Made by a program: the position numbers and the translations under genes | From: Bacillota bacterium | Lineage (GTDB): Bacteria; Bacillota; Clostridia; Christensenellales; CAG-138 | Direction of reading: 5' to 3' | DNA: 53,696 nt | Assembly: GCA_023426265.1 (NCBI GenBank) | Contig: JAFABA010000121.1 | Location: forward strand, 1-53,696 | The notes under the pieces: model-generated | Database searches by the model: none | Told to the model about the DNA's origin: nothing | The model's input: only the letters and a program-made list of their open reading frames with translations | In this document: piece after piece, positions 35,321 through 44,325 of the stretch | How positions within the stretch are numbered: position 1 is the first letter of the stretch | Layout of the letters: every line of letters begins with the position of its first letter

Positions 35321-36073
35321 ATGCTGCGAAGCCTGTATCTTTCCGCCACCAACATGCTGGTGCAGCGGAAGAAAGTGGATGTAATCGCAAACAATATCGC
35401 CAATATGGATACCGTGGGGTATAAATCCGACAGTCTCATTTCGCGCTCGTTCGGGGATATGTATTTGGAGCGCGTGAATGATCCCGGCAATACGGCAGAG
35501 GGCGTCGGCCCGCTCAATACCGGCGTGCACATCGACGAGCTTGTGACCTCTTTTGAAGAGGGAAGCCTGAAAACCACGAACAGGGGCCTGGACTTCGCCA
35601 TCACAGGGGACGGCTTTTTTGTCGTTTCCACCACAGCGGGGGACCGCTACACGCGTGACGGCAACTTTGCCATCAACAGCGACGGATACCTTGTTACCAG
35701 CGACGGCAACCGTGTACTGGGCACAAACGGGTTTTTGAAGATCGATACGGCGAATATCGCCGTGGACTCGAACGGAAATATCGTGAATGCCGAAGGGGAC
35801 GAACTTGGCGCATTGCGCATCGTATCCTTTGCGGATAACGCGGGTTTAAAAAAGGCGGGAAACAACCTGTATATCAATGAAAACAACCAGCGGGCCCAAA
35901 CGGCGCAGGATGTTGCCGTGCGTCAGGGGGCTTTGGAAGCCTCCAACACGGATATTACAAACGAAACGCTCAACATGATGGCGGCATCCAGAAGTTTTGA
36001 AACCAGCCAGCGGGTCGTGAAAATGATCGATGAAACGCTCGGCCGGGCCGTAAACGACATCGGAAAGGTATAG
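35321..36073 (+). CDS. Flagellar basal-body rod protein, FlgF/FlgG family (FlhO-like)
   Basis: MLRSLYLSATNMLVQRKKVDVIANNIANMDTVGYK...C-terminal LEASNTDITNETLNMMAASRSFETSQRV. A GGAGGA RBS is present. Confidence 0.85.
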   Translation: MLRSLYLSATNMLVQRKKVDVIANNIANMDTVGYKSDSLISRSFGDMYLERVNDPGNTAEGVGPLNTGVHIDELVTSFEEGSLKTTNRGLDFAITGDGFFVVSTTAGDRYTRDGNFAINSDGYLVTSDGNRVLGTNGFLKIDTANIAVDSNGNIVNAEGDELGALRIVSFADNAGLKKAGNNLYINENNQRAQTAQDVAVRQGALEASNTDITNETLNMMAASRSFETSQRVVKMIDETLGRAVNDIGKV

Positions 36074-36083
36074 GGTTTAAGCC

Positions 36084-36869
36084 ATGATGCAGACGTCTTT
36101 ATCAGCCAAAAGCGCGCTGCGCGCACAGCAGCAGCAGCTTGATGTGATTGCAAATAATATCGCCAATGTCAACACGGTAGGGTTTAAGTCGAGCAGCGTC
36201 AATTTTAAGGATACGCTCTACAATACCATGGTTAGACCTACCGACGGCGAACCGCTCCAGCGCGGTACCGGCGTGTGGGTTTCCGCCATTACGAAGTCGT
36301 TTGCGCTGGGTACGCCCATGCTCACCGGCGTGCCTCTGGATTTCTGCCTCATGGGTGACGGCTTCTTTACCCTGGAGGATCAGGACGGCAACGAGCTCTA
36401 TACGCGAAATGGCGCGTTCAAGCTTTCCGTAGAGGGAGATACGAGGTACCTGGTGGATTCCGAAGGCCGCTATGTGCAGGGAGAGGACGGCAAGATCGAG
36501 GTTCCCGATGGGGATATGAGTACGCTCACAGTTGACGGCAACGGGCAGCTGTTCATTGCTCAAACCGCCGCGAACGGGACGGCAACGGGTGCGCCCACCG
36601 CGTTTGCGACGCTTAGGATCTCCTCTTTTTTGAACAATGAAGGCTTGGAAGCCGCGGGTAGCAGCACATTCCGCGCCACCGCCGCCTCAGGGGAGGCCGA
36701 GACGGTGGAAGCCCCGGAAGTACGCGTCGGGTACCTGGAATCCTCCAATGTGGATATGGTGACGGAGATGACTACGTTGATCCGCGCGCAAAAGGCGTTC
36801 TCCTTTGCATCGCAGGCGGTGCGCACGGCGGACGAAATGGCCGCCATGGCAAATAACATGCGTCCTTGA
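36084..36869 (+). CDS. flgG: Flagellar basal-body rod protein FlgG (distal rod, FlhP-like)
   Basis: LSAKSALRAQQQQLDVIANNIANVNTVGFK...GYLESSNVDMVTEMTTLIRAQKAFSFASQAV. Confidence 0.85.
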   Translation: MMQTSLSAKSALRAQQQQLDVIANNIANVNTVGFKSSSVNFKDTLYNTMVRPTDGEPLQRGTGVWVSAITKSFALGTPMLTGVPLDFCLMGDGFFTLEDQDGNELYTRNGAFKLSVEGDTRYLVDSEGRYVQGEDGKIEVPDGDMSTLTVDGNGQLFIAQTAANGTATGAPTAFATLRISSFLNNEGLEAAGSSTFRATAASGEAETVEAPEVRVGYLESSNVDMVTEMTTLIRAQKAFSFASQAVRTADEMAAMANNMRP

Positions 36870-36913
36870 TATGCTTGGCGCGAAAAGGCGATGACTGGAC
36901 GGAGGATGTCTAA

Positions 36914-37333
36914 ATGCAGGTAAGGCAATGCAGGATATGCGGCAAGTTGTTTCAATCCATGGGCAATTATGTTTGCCTCGAATGCGAGGAAAAACTGGAC
37001 CAGGAATTCCGCTTGGTACGGGATTACCTGTATGACCATCGAGAGGCGGATATCACGGAGATTTCAAGAGAGACGGGAGTGAGCGAACGGAGCATCCTGC
37101 AGTTTCTCAAGGAAGAACGGCTGACGCTTTCTGTTCCAAGCGAGAATATCCGCTGCGAGCATTGCGGAAAGCCGGTTATGGGCGGGAAAATCTGTGAGGA
37201 TTGCAGGAACAGATTATCAAGAATATTAGAAGGCGTGATCGAAGCAAACGCAGCAAGGCTGGCGGAAAAGAAAGCGTCTGCCGAGGTAATGAGCTACCAG
37301 GGCCGCAAACATTTTGACAATAACAGAAGATAG
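36914..37333 (+). CDS. Flagellar operon zinc-ribbon protein (YvyF-like)
   Basis: 139 aa. It has CRICGKLF...CLECEE and CEHCGK...CEDC cysteine pairs flanking an HTH-like centre. It lies directly upstream of flgM, as yvyF does in B. subtilis. Confidence 0.65.
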   Translation: MQVRQCRICGKLFQSMGNYVCLECEEKLDQEFRLVRDYLYDHREADITEISRETGVSERSILQFLKEERLTLSVPSENIRCEHCGKPVMGGKICEDCRNRLSRILEGVIEANAARLAEKKASAEVMSYQGRKHFDNNRR

Positions 37334-37382
37334 GCTTGTTTCATTTTAAGAAGCGCGAAATCAGGGACAGGGAAGTGGGAGT

Positions 37383-37661
37383 ATGAGAGTAAATTCAATT
37401 CCGCCTAAGGAAATCTATAGCCAGTATCTGTGTGTGAGGGATATTCAGCCGGTCACCACAAACCGCGTTATGCTGGCGGACCATGTGGAGCTGTCCAGCA
37501 CCGCAAAATCATTTTCCGCTACGCTTAAAGCGGCCCGCGAAGCGCTTAACGTGCAGGACCCGGCGAGGGCGGCGAGGATCAGCGCCATCAAACAGAAGGT
37601 TGACAACAATACCTATTTTGTTCCGGCCGAAAAGGTGGCGGAGAAGATTTTTGAAATTTAA
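37383..37661 (+). CDS. flgM: Anti-sigma-28 factor FlgM
   Basis: 92 aa. The C-terminal RISAIKQKVDNNTYFVPAEKVAEKI is the typical FlgM sigma-binding end. Confidence 0.85.
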   Translation: MRVNSIPPKEIYSQYLCVRDIQPVTTNRVMLADHVELSSTAKSFSATLKAAREALNVQDPARAARISAIKQKVDNNTYFVPAEKVAEKIFEI

Positions 37662-37689
37662 CGGGGCGACCGGCAAGAGAGGTACGGCC

Positions 37690-38190
37690 ATGCGGGATCT
37701 GATAAAAGAGCTTGAATATTACATGGCTGGCGAGCTGGAAATTTATGTGGGTCTGCTGCAGTACGCAAAAAACAAGAAAGCAGCGTTGATCAAAAACGAC
37801 CTGGATGGGCTCAATATGCTGGTGAAGCTGGAGGATGAAGCCATCAACCGCCTGCATGTTGCATCCGCCCAAAGGGAAGCCCTGTTTGACCGGGTGAAAA
37901 AAGAGACCGGTTATGAGGGCAAGATCACGTTTGAGTATATCGTAAAGGACCGTTCCGCTGAAGAGCGCAAGGAGCTGGACCGCTTAAGGGGCCGTTACCA
38001 GGAAGTGGTACGCGAGCTTTCCGCGCTCAATGAACTCAACCAAGGCCTGCTGCAGATGCAGCTTCAGTACACCTCCTTCTGTATGGATATTTTGATGCAG
38101 GAAAAGCCGGTGGGCGGGACGTACGGCAGTTCCGGCCATGCAAACGCTGATTTTCAGCAAGGGAGAAGGTTTATCGACCAGGAAGCGTGA
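37690..38190 (+). CDS. flgN: Flagellar chaperone FlgN family protein
   Basis: 166 aa. LIKELEYYMAGELEIYVGLLQYAKNKKAALIKNDLDGLNMLVKLEDEAI. It sits between flgM and flgK. Confidence 0.7.
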   Translation: MRDLIKELEYYMAGELEIYVGLLQYAKNKKAALIKNDLDGLNMLVKLEDEAINRLHVASAQREALFDRVKKETGYEGKITFEYIVKDRSAEERKELDRLRGRYQEVVRELSALNELNQGLLQMQLQYTSFCMDILMQEKPVGGTYGSSGHANADFQQGRRFIDQEA

Positions 38191-38197
38191 GGGGAAT

Positions 38198-39682
38198 ATG
38201 TCATTTTACGGATTGGAAATCGCCAAAACAGGCCTCGCTATCAGCCAAAAGGGCATCAATCTGGCCGGCCATAATATCGCAAACGCGGATACGGAAGGGT
38301 ATACCAGGCAGCGGTTATATCTTGCTTCCATAGGTCCGGGGTCTCTTGTTTCGCGGTATGTCCCGGTTTACAAAGGCGCCGTGGGCAAAGGCGTGGACGT
38401 TCTGGGGGTAGAGCAGCTTCGCAACGCTTATGTGGACCGTGCGCTCAGAAATGAGACCTCGAGCCTTAACCAGTGGGAAACCCGCGCATCCGAGATGGAG
38501 TATATTGAATCCCTCTTTAATGAGACGAACAACGCAAGCCTTTCCAACTCTCTTGCGGATTTTTTCGACAGCATGCAGGAGCTTTCCAAGGATCCTGTGA
38601 GCAAGGAAATCCGCACCAATGTGCAGCAGACGGCCATCACGCTCACCGAGACGATGAGCCATTACTATAGGCAGTTGGACGACCTGCGGACCCAGATGAA
38701 CGAGTCGATAGAAGTGGCGGTAAACCGCATCAATGAAATCACGCAATCCATTGCGGATTTCAACCTGAGCATAGAGACATTTGAACTCAGCGGGGAAAAG
38801 GCGAACGATCTGAATGACAAACGCAATCTTTTGCTTGATGAGCTTGCCACGCTTACGGATATGGAATATTCGACCGATTCTCAGGGACGTTTGAGCGTTA
38901 GGATCGCCGGCAATACGGTAGTGGACCACGGCACATCATGTGATTTAAAGGTGAAGGCTGATGCGAATGGAATGTATTCCGTTCACATGGACAACGCGGC
39001 GGAAACGGAAGTCGAATATACAAACGGGAAAATGGCGGGCTACAGGCAGCTTCGCGACGGCAGCACGGCGGATGACATCGGCATTCCGTTTTTGATGGAA
39101 GGCCTGAATACGCTCGCGCGCAGCATTGCCAAGCAGTTTAACGACGTCCATAAGCAGGGCTGGACGATGCCGCACGATTCCGTCGTTTCACAGACGGGCG
39201 TCTATCTGTTCAATGTGGACGTCGTAGGCGGAGTGGAGGATTACGATGCCATTACGGCTGGGAATCTCAAACTTTCCGATGCTGTATTGGAAGATGTGTA
39301 CAAGATTGCGGCTTCCAGCAAGCAGATCAATCTGGCATCCGATGACCCGCAGGACAGGAACAATGAGAACGCGCTCAAACTCGCGGGTTTGGGAACTTCC
39401 TCCGCTACAATGGGCAAAACCAGCTTTGAGGGGTACTTGAAAAACCTGGTGGTGGAACTGGGCGTAGGCAGCGCGCATACTTCCAATATACTTACCAGCC
39501 AGCAGGCGCTCGTGACCAATCTGCAGGGGCGCAGAGACTCGGTTTCGGGGGTATCCGTGGACGAGGAAATGGTACAGCTGATGAAATATCAGCACATGTA
39601 TAACGCTTCCTCCCGCATTATCACCACGATTGATGAGGCGCTCGACAAGCTCATCAACGGCACGGGTCTTGTCGGCAGATAA
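38198..39682 (+). CDS. flgK: Flagellar hook-associated protein 1, FlgK
   Basis: MSFYGLEIAKTGLAISQKGINLAGHNIANADTEGYTRQR...C-terminal GVSVDEEMVQLMKYQHMYNASSRII. Confidence 0.9.
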   Translation: MSFYGLEIAKTGLAISQKGINLAGHNIANADTEGYTRQRLYLASIGPGSLVSRYVPVYKGAVGKGVDVLGVEQLRNAYVDRALRNETSSLNQWETRASEMEYIESLFNETNNASLSNSLADFFDSMQELSKDPVSKEIRTNVQQTAITLTETMSHYYRQLDDLRTQMNESIEVAVNRINEITQSIADFNLSIETFELSGEKANDLNDKRNLLLDELATLTDMEYSTDSQGRLSVRIAGNTVVDHGTSCDLKVKADANGMYSVHMDNAAETEVEYTNGKMAGYRQLRDGSTADDIGIPFLMEGLNTLARSIAKQFNDVHKQGWTMPHDSVVSQTGVYLFNVDVVGGVEDYDAITAGNLKLSDAVLEDVYKIAASSKQINLASDDPQDRNNENALKLAGLGTSSATMGKTSFEGYLKNLVVELGVGSAHTSNILTSQQALVTNLQGRRDSVSGVSVDEEMVQLMKYQHMYNASSRIITTIDEALDKLINGTGLVGR

Positions 39683-39724
39683 AAGAATTTTGGGGTGAGG
39701 TTTTAAGAAAGGCAGGGATACTGC

Positions 39725-40657
39725 GTGCGCATTACCACAAGCATGATGACGAGTTCGTTCTTGGCGAACCTCAATAACAATCTGAACGCCATGCAGATGT
39801 ATCAGACCCAGCTTGCCACGGGCAGGCGTATTACCAAGCTTTCAGACGATCCCGTGGGCGTATTGGGCAGCATGAACGCACGCGTCAAGCTTGCGAGGCT
39901 CGAGCAATATAAGGACAATATCGGCTCCGTGCAGGATATTTTAAAGCAGACCGAAACCGTCCTTCAGGAAGTAAACAAAATGCTGCAGACCGCGTATGAA
40001 CGCTCGGTGCAGACTACGACCGATACGTATTCGGACGAAGACCGCGCGGCGGCGGCGAACGAAATCGCCCAATTGAAGGAACATTTGCTCAACTTGGGCA
40101 ATACCAAGATCGCCAACCAATATATATTCGGCGGCTATAACGCCACCAAAGCGCCGTTTGTGGTGGACGCTTCCGGCAATCTTTTGTATAACGGGCTCAA
40201 CGTCGCGGTAAACAACGCGGCGCTTGAGGAGCAGGCAAAACAGAATACCAGCGTCGAACTGGGCTATGACATGAAGATGACCGCTACCATAAACGGCATT
40301 GAGCTTTTTGGCAGCGGCGAGAACAATATTTACAAGCTGTTTGATGAATTCAGCGCCGCCCTTTCCGGCGGTGCGCCATCGGACGAATTGAGCGCTTTTA
40401 TTACGAAGTTCCAGAATGCGCAGGCCGATGTCATGGCAAAAACAGCAGAAGTCGGCGCGCGTACCAATCGGCTCACGATGTTGGAAAACCGGTATGAGGA
40501 TGACGAGGTCAACTATACAGAAATCAAATCCAAAGTGGAAGACGTCGATCAGGCGGAAGCCATCATGCGCTATAAAATGGCGGAGTCGGTGTATCTCTTC
40601 GCATTAAAAATCGGCTCCAATATTATACAGCCAACGCTTGTGGATTATTTGAATTGA
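39725..40657 (+). CDS. flgL: Flagellar hook-associated protein 3, FlgL
   Basis: GTG start. MRITTSMMTSSFLANLNNNLNAMQMYQTQLATGRRITKLSDDPVG...DQAEAIMRYKMAESVY. Confidence 0.9.
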   Translation: MRITTSMMTSSFLANLNNNLNAMQMYQTQLATGRRITKLSDDPVGVLGSMNARVKLARLEQYKDNIGSVQDILKQTETVLQEVNKMLQTAYERSVQTTTDTYSDEDRAAAANEIAQLKEHLLNLGNTKIANQYIFGGYNATKAPFVVDASGNLLYNGLNVAVNNAALEEQAKQNTSVELGYDMKMTATINGIELFGSGENNIYKLFDEFSAALSGGAPSDELSAFITKFQNAQADVMAKTAEVGARTNRLTMLENRYEDDEVNYTEIKSKVEDVDQAEAIMRYKMAESVYLFALKIGSNIIQPTLVDYLN

Positions 40658-40676
40658 CGAGCGGGGGTGTGATATA

Positions 40677-41267
40677 ATGAACTCGCTTAGCATACATACC
40701 CAGCGTGCTGTGATCGAAATTACATCACGCCCCGCCAAAATGTACGTCGAACACAAACGACCCAATTTCAAAATCAAACGTACCGATCCGAAAATGAGAA
40801 TCGAACGGAAAATGCCTTCGTTCGATATCAAATGGGAGGATGTCAGGAATACCAGCGGTCAGGCGTCCACGCTCCAATTGGGAAAAAATTTTGCTGAAAA
40901 AGGAAAACAAAAGGCTTTAGAAGCGATCCGTTCCATTGTGGAGCGCGGAGATATTTTGAAGGACGTTACTGATCCTAAGGCGCTTGAAAAAGTGGCGGTT
41001 TCCGTTTCCGTTAAGGACATGCCGGAACTCAATGTGGGGCTCATGCCCAAGCAAAAGGCACGTATCGAATGGGACCCCGGCTATTGTACCATAGAATGGA
41101 CGGACCCCGTTCTGCAGATCGAATGGGATAAGGACTTCAGGCCAACGATCGAATGGGAACCTTACGCGGTGGAAGTACGCCTCAGACACAGGCCTTTGGT
41201 GCAAATTAGAGTCAATTTGGAGCGCATACCCGGCGCCGTAGGCGTCAAGGTGGATCAGGAAGTGTGA
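40677..41267 (+). CDS. YviE-like / DUF6470-like protein of the flgL-fliW interval
   Basis: 196 aa, in the same position as yviE in the B. subtilis flgK-flgL-yviE-fliW-csrA operon. It contains a four-fold 'IEW' repeat (ARIEWDPGYCTIEWTDPVLQIEWDKDFRPTIEWEPY). Confidence 0.5.
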   Translation: MNSLSIHTQRAVIEITSRPAKMYVEHKRPNFKIKRTDPKMRIERKMPSFDIKWEDVRNTSGQASTLQLGKNFAEKGKQKALEAIRSIVERGDILKDVTDPKALEKVAVSVSVKDMPELNVGLMPKQKARIEWDPGYCTIEWTDPVLQIEWDKDFRPTIEWEPYAVEVRLRHRPLVQIRVNLERIPGAVGVKVDQEV

Positions 41268-41281
41268 TAGGGGGTTCTGCA

Positions 41282-41755
41282 ATGCTGATCGAAACGGCCA
41301 GATTTGGGGATTTCAACCTGAATGACAGCAAGATCATCGATTTCCCAAACGGCATACCGGGGTTTGAGGAGCTGCACAAGTTCATTATTCTGGAAATCAA
41401 CGAAACCAAGCCGTTGTATTGGCTGCAATCCACGGAAAACAGGCATATCTCCCTTCCGGTGGTAATCCCCTTTGAGCTTTTGGAGGATTACTACATTGAG
41501 ATTCGGGAAAACGAGCTCAAGGGTATTGAGGTGGACAATAACAACGACCTTCTGATACTCAACGTGGTGGTTATTCCCGAAAACATCGAGAAAATGACGG
41601 TCAACCTCGCCGCGCCCATCATCATCAATCTGAAGCTCGGCGCAGGCAAACAGATCGTGATCGATGCGGCGGACCTTCCCGTCCGGTTCCCCATATACGA
41701 CGCGGTCATGCGGAAATTGAAAGGGGGAGAAGCGGATGCTGGTTCTCTCGCGTAA
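41282..41755 (+). CDS. fliW: Flagellar assembly factor FliW (CsrA antagonist)
   Basis: MLIETARFGDFNLNDSKIIDFPNGIPGFEELHKFIILE...PLYWLQS...NLAAPIIIN. Confidence 0.9.
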   Translation: MLIETARFGDFNLNDSKIIDFPNGIPGFEELHKFIILEINETKPLYWLQSTENRHISLPVVIPFELLEDYYIEIRENELKGIEVDNNNDLLILNVVVIPENIEKMTVNLAAPIIINLKLGAGKQIVIDAADLPVRFPIYDAVMRKLKGGEADAGSLA

Positions 41756-41948
41756 AGCAGGTGAAATACTTTCAATCGGCCCGGATATCACGATAGAAGT
41801 GGTGGCCGTGGAAGGGGACCGCGTGCGCCTTGGCATCAATGCGCCCAGGGATACGCGCATATTCCGCAAGGAGCTTCTCGACCAGACGGTGGATATCAAT
41901 AAGATCGCGATCAATGCCCCGGTAATCAATTTTCAGGAAAGCAAATAA
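41736..41948 (+). CDS. csrA: Carbon storage regulator CsrA
   Basis: MLVLSRKAGEILSIGPDITIEVVAVEGDRVRLGINAPRDTRIFRKEL. It overlaps the fliW 3' end by 20 nt. Confidence 0.95.
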   Translation: MLVLSRKAGEILSIGPDITIEVVAVEGDRVRLGINAPRDTRIFRKELLDQTVDINKIAINAPVINFQESK

Positions 41949-41967
41949 GCGTACACATCGATATTAG

Positions 41968-41998
41968 AAAAAGTCCTGCCCGACGGCAGGACTTTTAT
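41968..41998. terminator. Bidirectional rho-independent terminator after csrA
   Basis: AGAAAA-AGTCCTGCC-CGAC-GGCAGGACT-TTTAT, between convergent csrA and TSUP genes. Confidence 0.8.
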
Positions 41999-42012
41999 GT
42001 TGCAATGAAATG

Positions 42013-42387
42013 TCACTTGCCGTCCTTTTTCTTTTTGGCCCGCGCGAACTGTAGGATCGAAAGAACAATCAGGAATATGCCGAACGCTTTTTTGAGCCAG
42101 TCCGCCTCCAGACAGGTTGCCAGGAAAGCGCCGCCGATCGCGCCGATTACGCCCCAAATCAAAAGAGGAAATGCTGTTTTTGCCTGTAATCGCCCGTCCC
42201 GCCGGTGGATAAAGAGAGCAAGCGCGGCGCCCGGCAAGAACGCCAGCATATTCACGCCCTGTGCCGCATGCTGGCCCATGCTTAAAAACAGCGTCAGGAT
42301 CGGTATAAGCACCGTGCCGCCACCCATACCCATGCCGGAAAGCACGCCGGAAACAAGCCCGGCTAAAAGATACCAAAAAAAGTTCAT
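42013..42387 (-). CDS. Half-size TSUP (TauE/SafE) family membrane transporter subunit
   Basis: 124 aa, about 4 TM segments, LLAGLVSGVLSGMGMGGGTVLIPIL motif. Confidence 0.7.
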   Translation of the reverse strand: MNFFWYLLAGLVSGVLSGMGMGGGTVLIPILTLFLSMGQHAAQGVNMLAFLPGAALALFIHRRDGRLQAKTAFPLLIWGVIGAIGGAFLATCLEADWLKKAFGIFLIVLSILQFARAKKKKDGK

Positions 42388-42752
42388 AGCAGCAGGCGGA
42401 CGCCCGCCGCAAGCATCAGAAGGGCAAACAGCCGGTCAATCCAGATAGAGCGCATTTTCCCCAAAAGTTTTGCGCCCAAAAAGCTGCCTGGGAGCACGCC
42501 CAGCGTAACAATGGGCACGAAATCAAATTCAATCGCTCCGCGGATCAGATAGACAACGATGCTGACGATGGAGAGCGGCAGCATCACCATCAGCGCCGTC
42601 GCATGGGCTTCCTCGCTTTTGAGCTTGCATAGGCGTTCCAAGACCACAACGGCGAGCATGCCGCCGCCGGCGCCGAATAGCCCGTTGGCGATGCCGGTAC
42701 ATATGGCTGCTATGGAAATCAGTAAGCGCGGCGTTCTCTCTTGTTTCTGCAT
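42384..42752 (-). CDS. Half-size TSUP (TauE/SafE) family membrane transporter subunit
   Basis: 122 aa, about 4 TM segments, GIANGLFGAGGGMLAVVVL motif. Its stop overlaps the start of the downstream half by 4 nt. Confidence 0.7.
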   Translation of the reverse strand: MQKQERTPRLLISIAAICTGIANGLFGAGGGMLAVVVLERLCKLKSEEAHATALMVMLPLSIVSIVVYLIRGAIEFDFVPIVTLGVLPGSFLGAKLLGKMRSIWIDRLFALLMLAAGVRLLL

Positions 42753-42975
42753 ACTTTTAAGATTGTTCGGTCATTTGATAATTATTCAGCAAATTATTGA
42801 TGCAAAATGACAAGGGGCATGTTATAATACTAACGGATTCGACGGGGTAACAGAAAAGTGAGATATTTGGCTTACTCAATGAATACGGTTCTTCGAATAC
42901 GGTTCTTTCAAGGAAGGGTGAGCATACCCTTTTTTGCTGTATAGAATATATGGCTTTACGGAAAATGCGGAAAGG

Positions 42976-44325
42976 ATGGTGTCAGCTTTGCCAAAGCTAA
43001 CCTTTCAGGGTGGCGTTCATCCCATGCATGATGTGCATGAAGGCAAGCTACCGACAAAGGATCTCCCGGTAAGGGATTTCACAACGGATACGGTATGTAT
43101 CCTGATGGGCATGCATTTAGGCGCGCCCAGTTCCCCCTGCGTACAGAAGGGGGACTATGTCAGGCTTGGCCAGTTGATTGGCGAACCGGTGGGCCCCCTT
43201 GGGCTTCCCGTTCACGCGAGCGTTTCGGGTGAGGTCATCGACGTTTCTCCCAAACAGCAGTTAAACTCGCATCCCGTTATGTGCGTGACCATCAAAAACG
43301 ACCATAAGGACGAATGGGTGGACGGTATCGTTGGCTTAGGGGATGTGGAGACGGTGGATTCTTCCCTTATCGTACCCGCCGTCAAGAACGCCGGTATCTG
43401 CGGGATGGGCGGCGCCTGTTTCCCCACGCACGTAAAGCTGACCGTGCGCGAAGGCCAGTATTGCGACACCATCATATTGAACGGCGCGGAATGCGAAACC
43501 CACCTGACGGCGGATTACCGCCTGATGCTGGAACATTCCGTGAAAATAGTGGACGGGCTTAGGGCTGCCATGCGCGCTTTGAATGTTAAGCGCGGCGTCA
43601 TCGCAATTGAGGACAACAAGCCTGAGGCAATCGCGCTCATGAAAAAGGCGGCGCAAGGCCGCGAGGGCGTAGAGGTTGCGGAACTTGTCACCAAGTACCC
43701 GCAGGGCGGTGAAAAACAGCTCATACAGGCCGTAACGGGTAGAGAGGTCCCGCAGAAGAAGCTGCCGCTTGACGCGCACGTCATCGTGCTCAATGTCAGC
43801 ACAGCGGCGGCAATCGCGGAAGCCGTCACCACTGGCCGCCCGCTCATCTCCCGTATTACCACGGTCACCGGCTGCGTAAATAAACCCGCGAACCTGCGCC
43901 TGCGCGTCGGCACCATATTTGCTGACGCCATTAAGGAATGCGGCGGGCTCGCAAAGGAACCCGGGAAAATTATCGCAGGCGGCGCTATGACGGGTATTCC
44001 CGCACCCAGCGACGAAGTATCCATGACCAAGGCGACAAACGGCATCGTCGTTTACAGCAGGGAAGAAGCCAAAGAATTTGAGGAGAACCCCTGCATCCGC
44101 TGTGCGCGCTGCGTTGCGGTGTGTCCGGCAGGCCTGAGGCCGTATCTGCTGAAGCATTACTGCGAGGACGGCAACCTTGCCGCCGCCGAAGCGGAAAACG
44201 TCATGGACTGCATCGTCTGCGGCAGCTGCTCGTTTGGCTGTCCGGCAAGGCTCCGGCTTACACAATCGTTTAAAGTTGCAAAGGATCAGATCATGGCTGC
44301 GCAAAGGGGAGGTGCAAAAAAATGA
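42976..44325 (+). CDS. rnfC: Rnf-type electron transport complex subunit C
   Basis: LTFQGGVHP start is typical for RnfC. It has a GAECETHLTADYR-type NADH/FMN region and two 4Fe-4S motifs (CIRCARCVAVCP, CIVCGSCSFGCP). The start is uncertain; the ORF is open from TTG 42934. Confidence 0.85.
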   Translation: MVSALPKLTFQGGVHPMHDVHEGKLPTKDLPVRDFTTDTVCILMGMHLGAPSSPCVQKGDYVRLGQLIGEPVGPLGLPVHASVSGEVIDVSPKQQLNSHPVMCVTIKNDHKDEWVDGIVGLGDVETVDSSLIVPAVKNAGICGMGGACFPTHVKLTVREGQYCDTIILNGAECETHLTADYRLMLEHSVKIVDGLRAAMRALNVKRGVIAIEDNKPEAIALMKKAAQGREGVEVAELVTKYPQGGEKQLIQAVTGREVPQKKLPLDAHVIVLNVSTAAAIAEAVTTGRPLISRITTVTGCVNKPANLRLRVGTIFADAIKECGGLAKEPGKIIAGGAMTGIPAPSDEVSMTKATNGIVVYSREEAKEFEENPCIRCARCVAVCPAGLRPYLLKHYCEDGNLAAAEAENVMDCIVCGSCSFGCPARLRLTQSFKVAKDQIMAAQRGGAKK

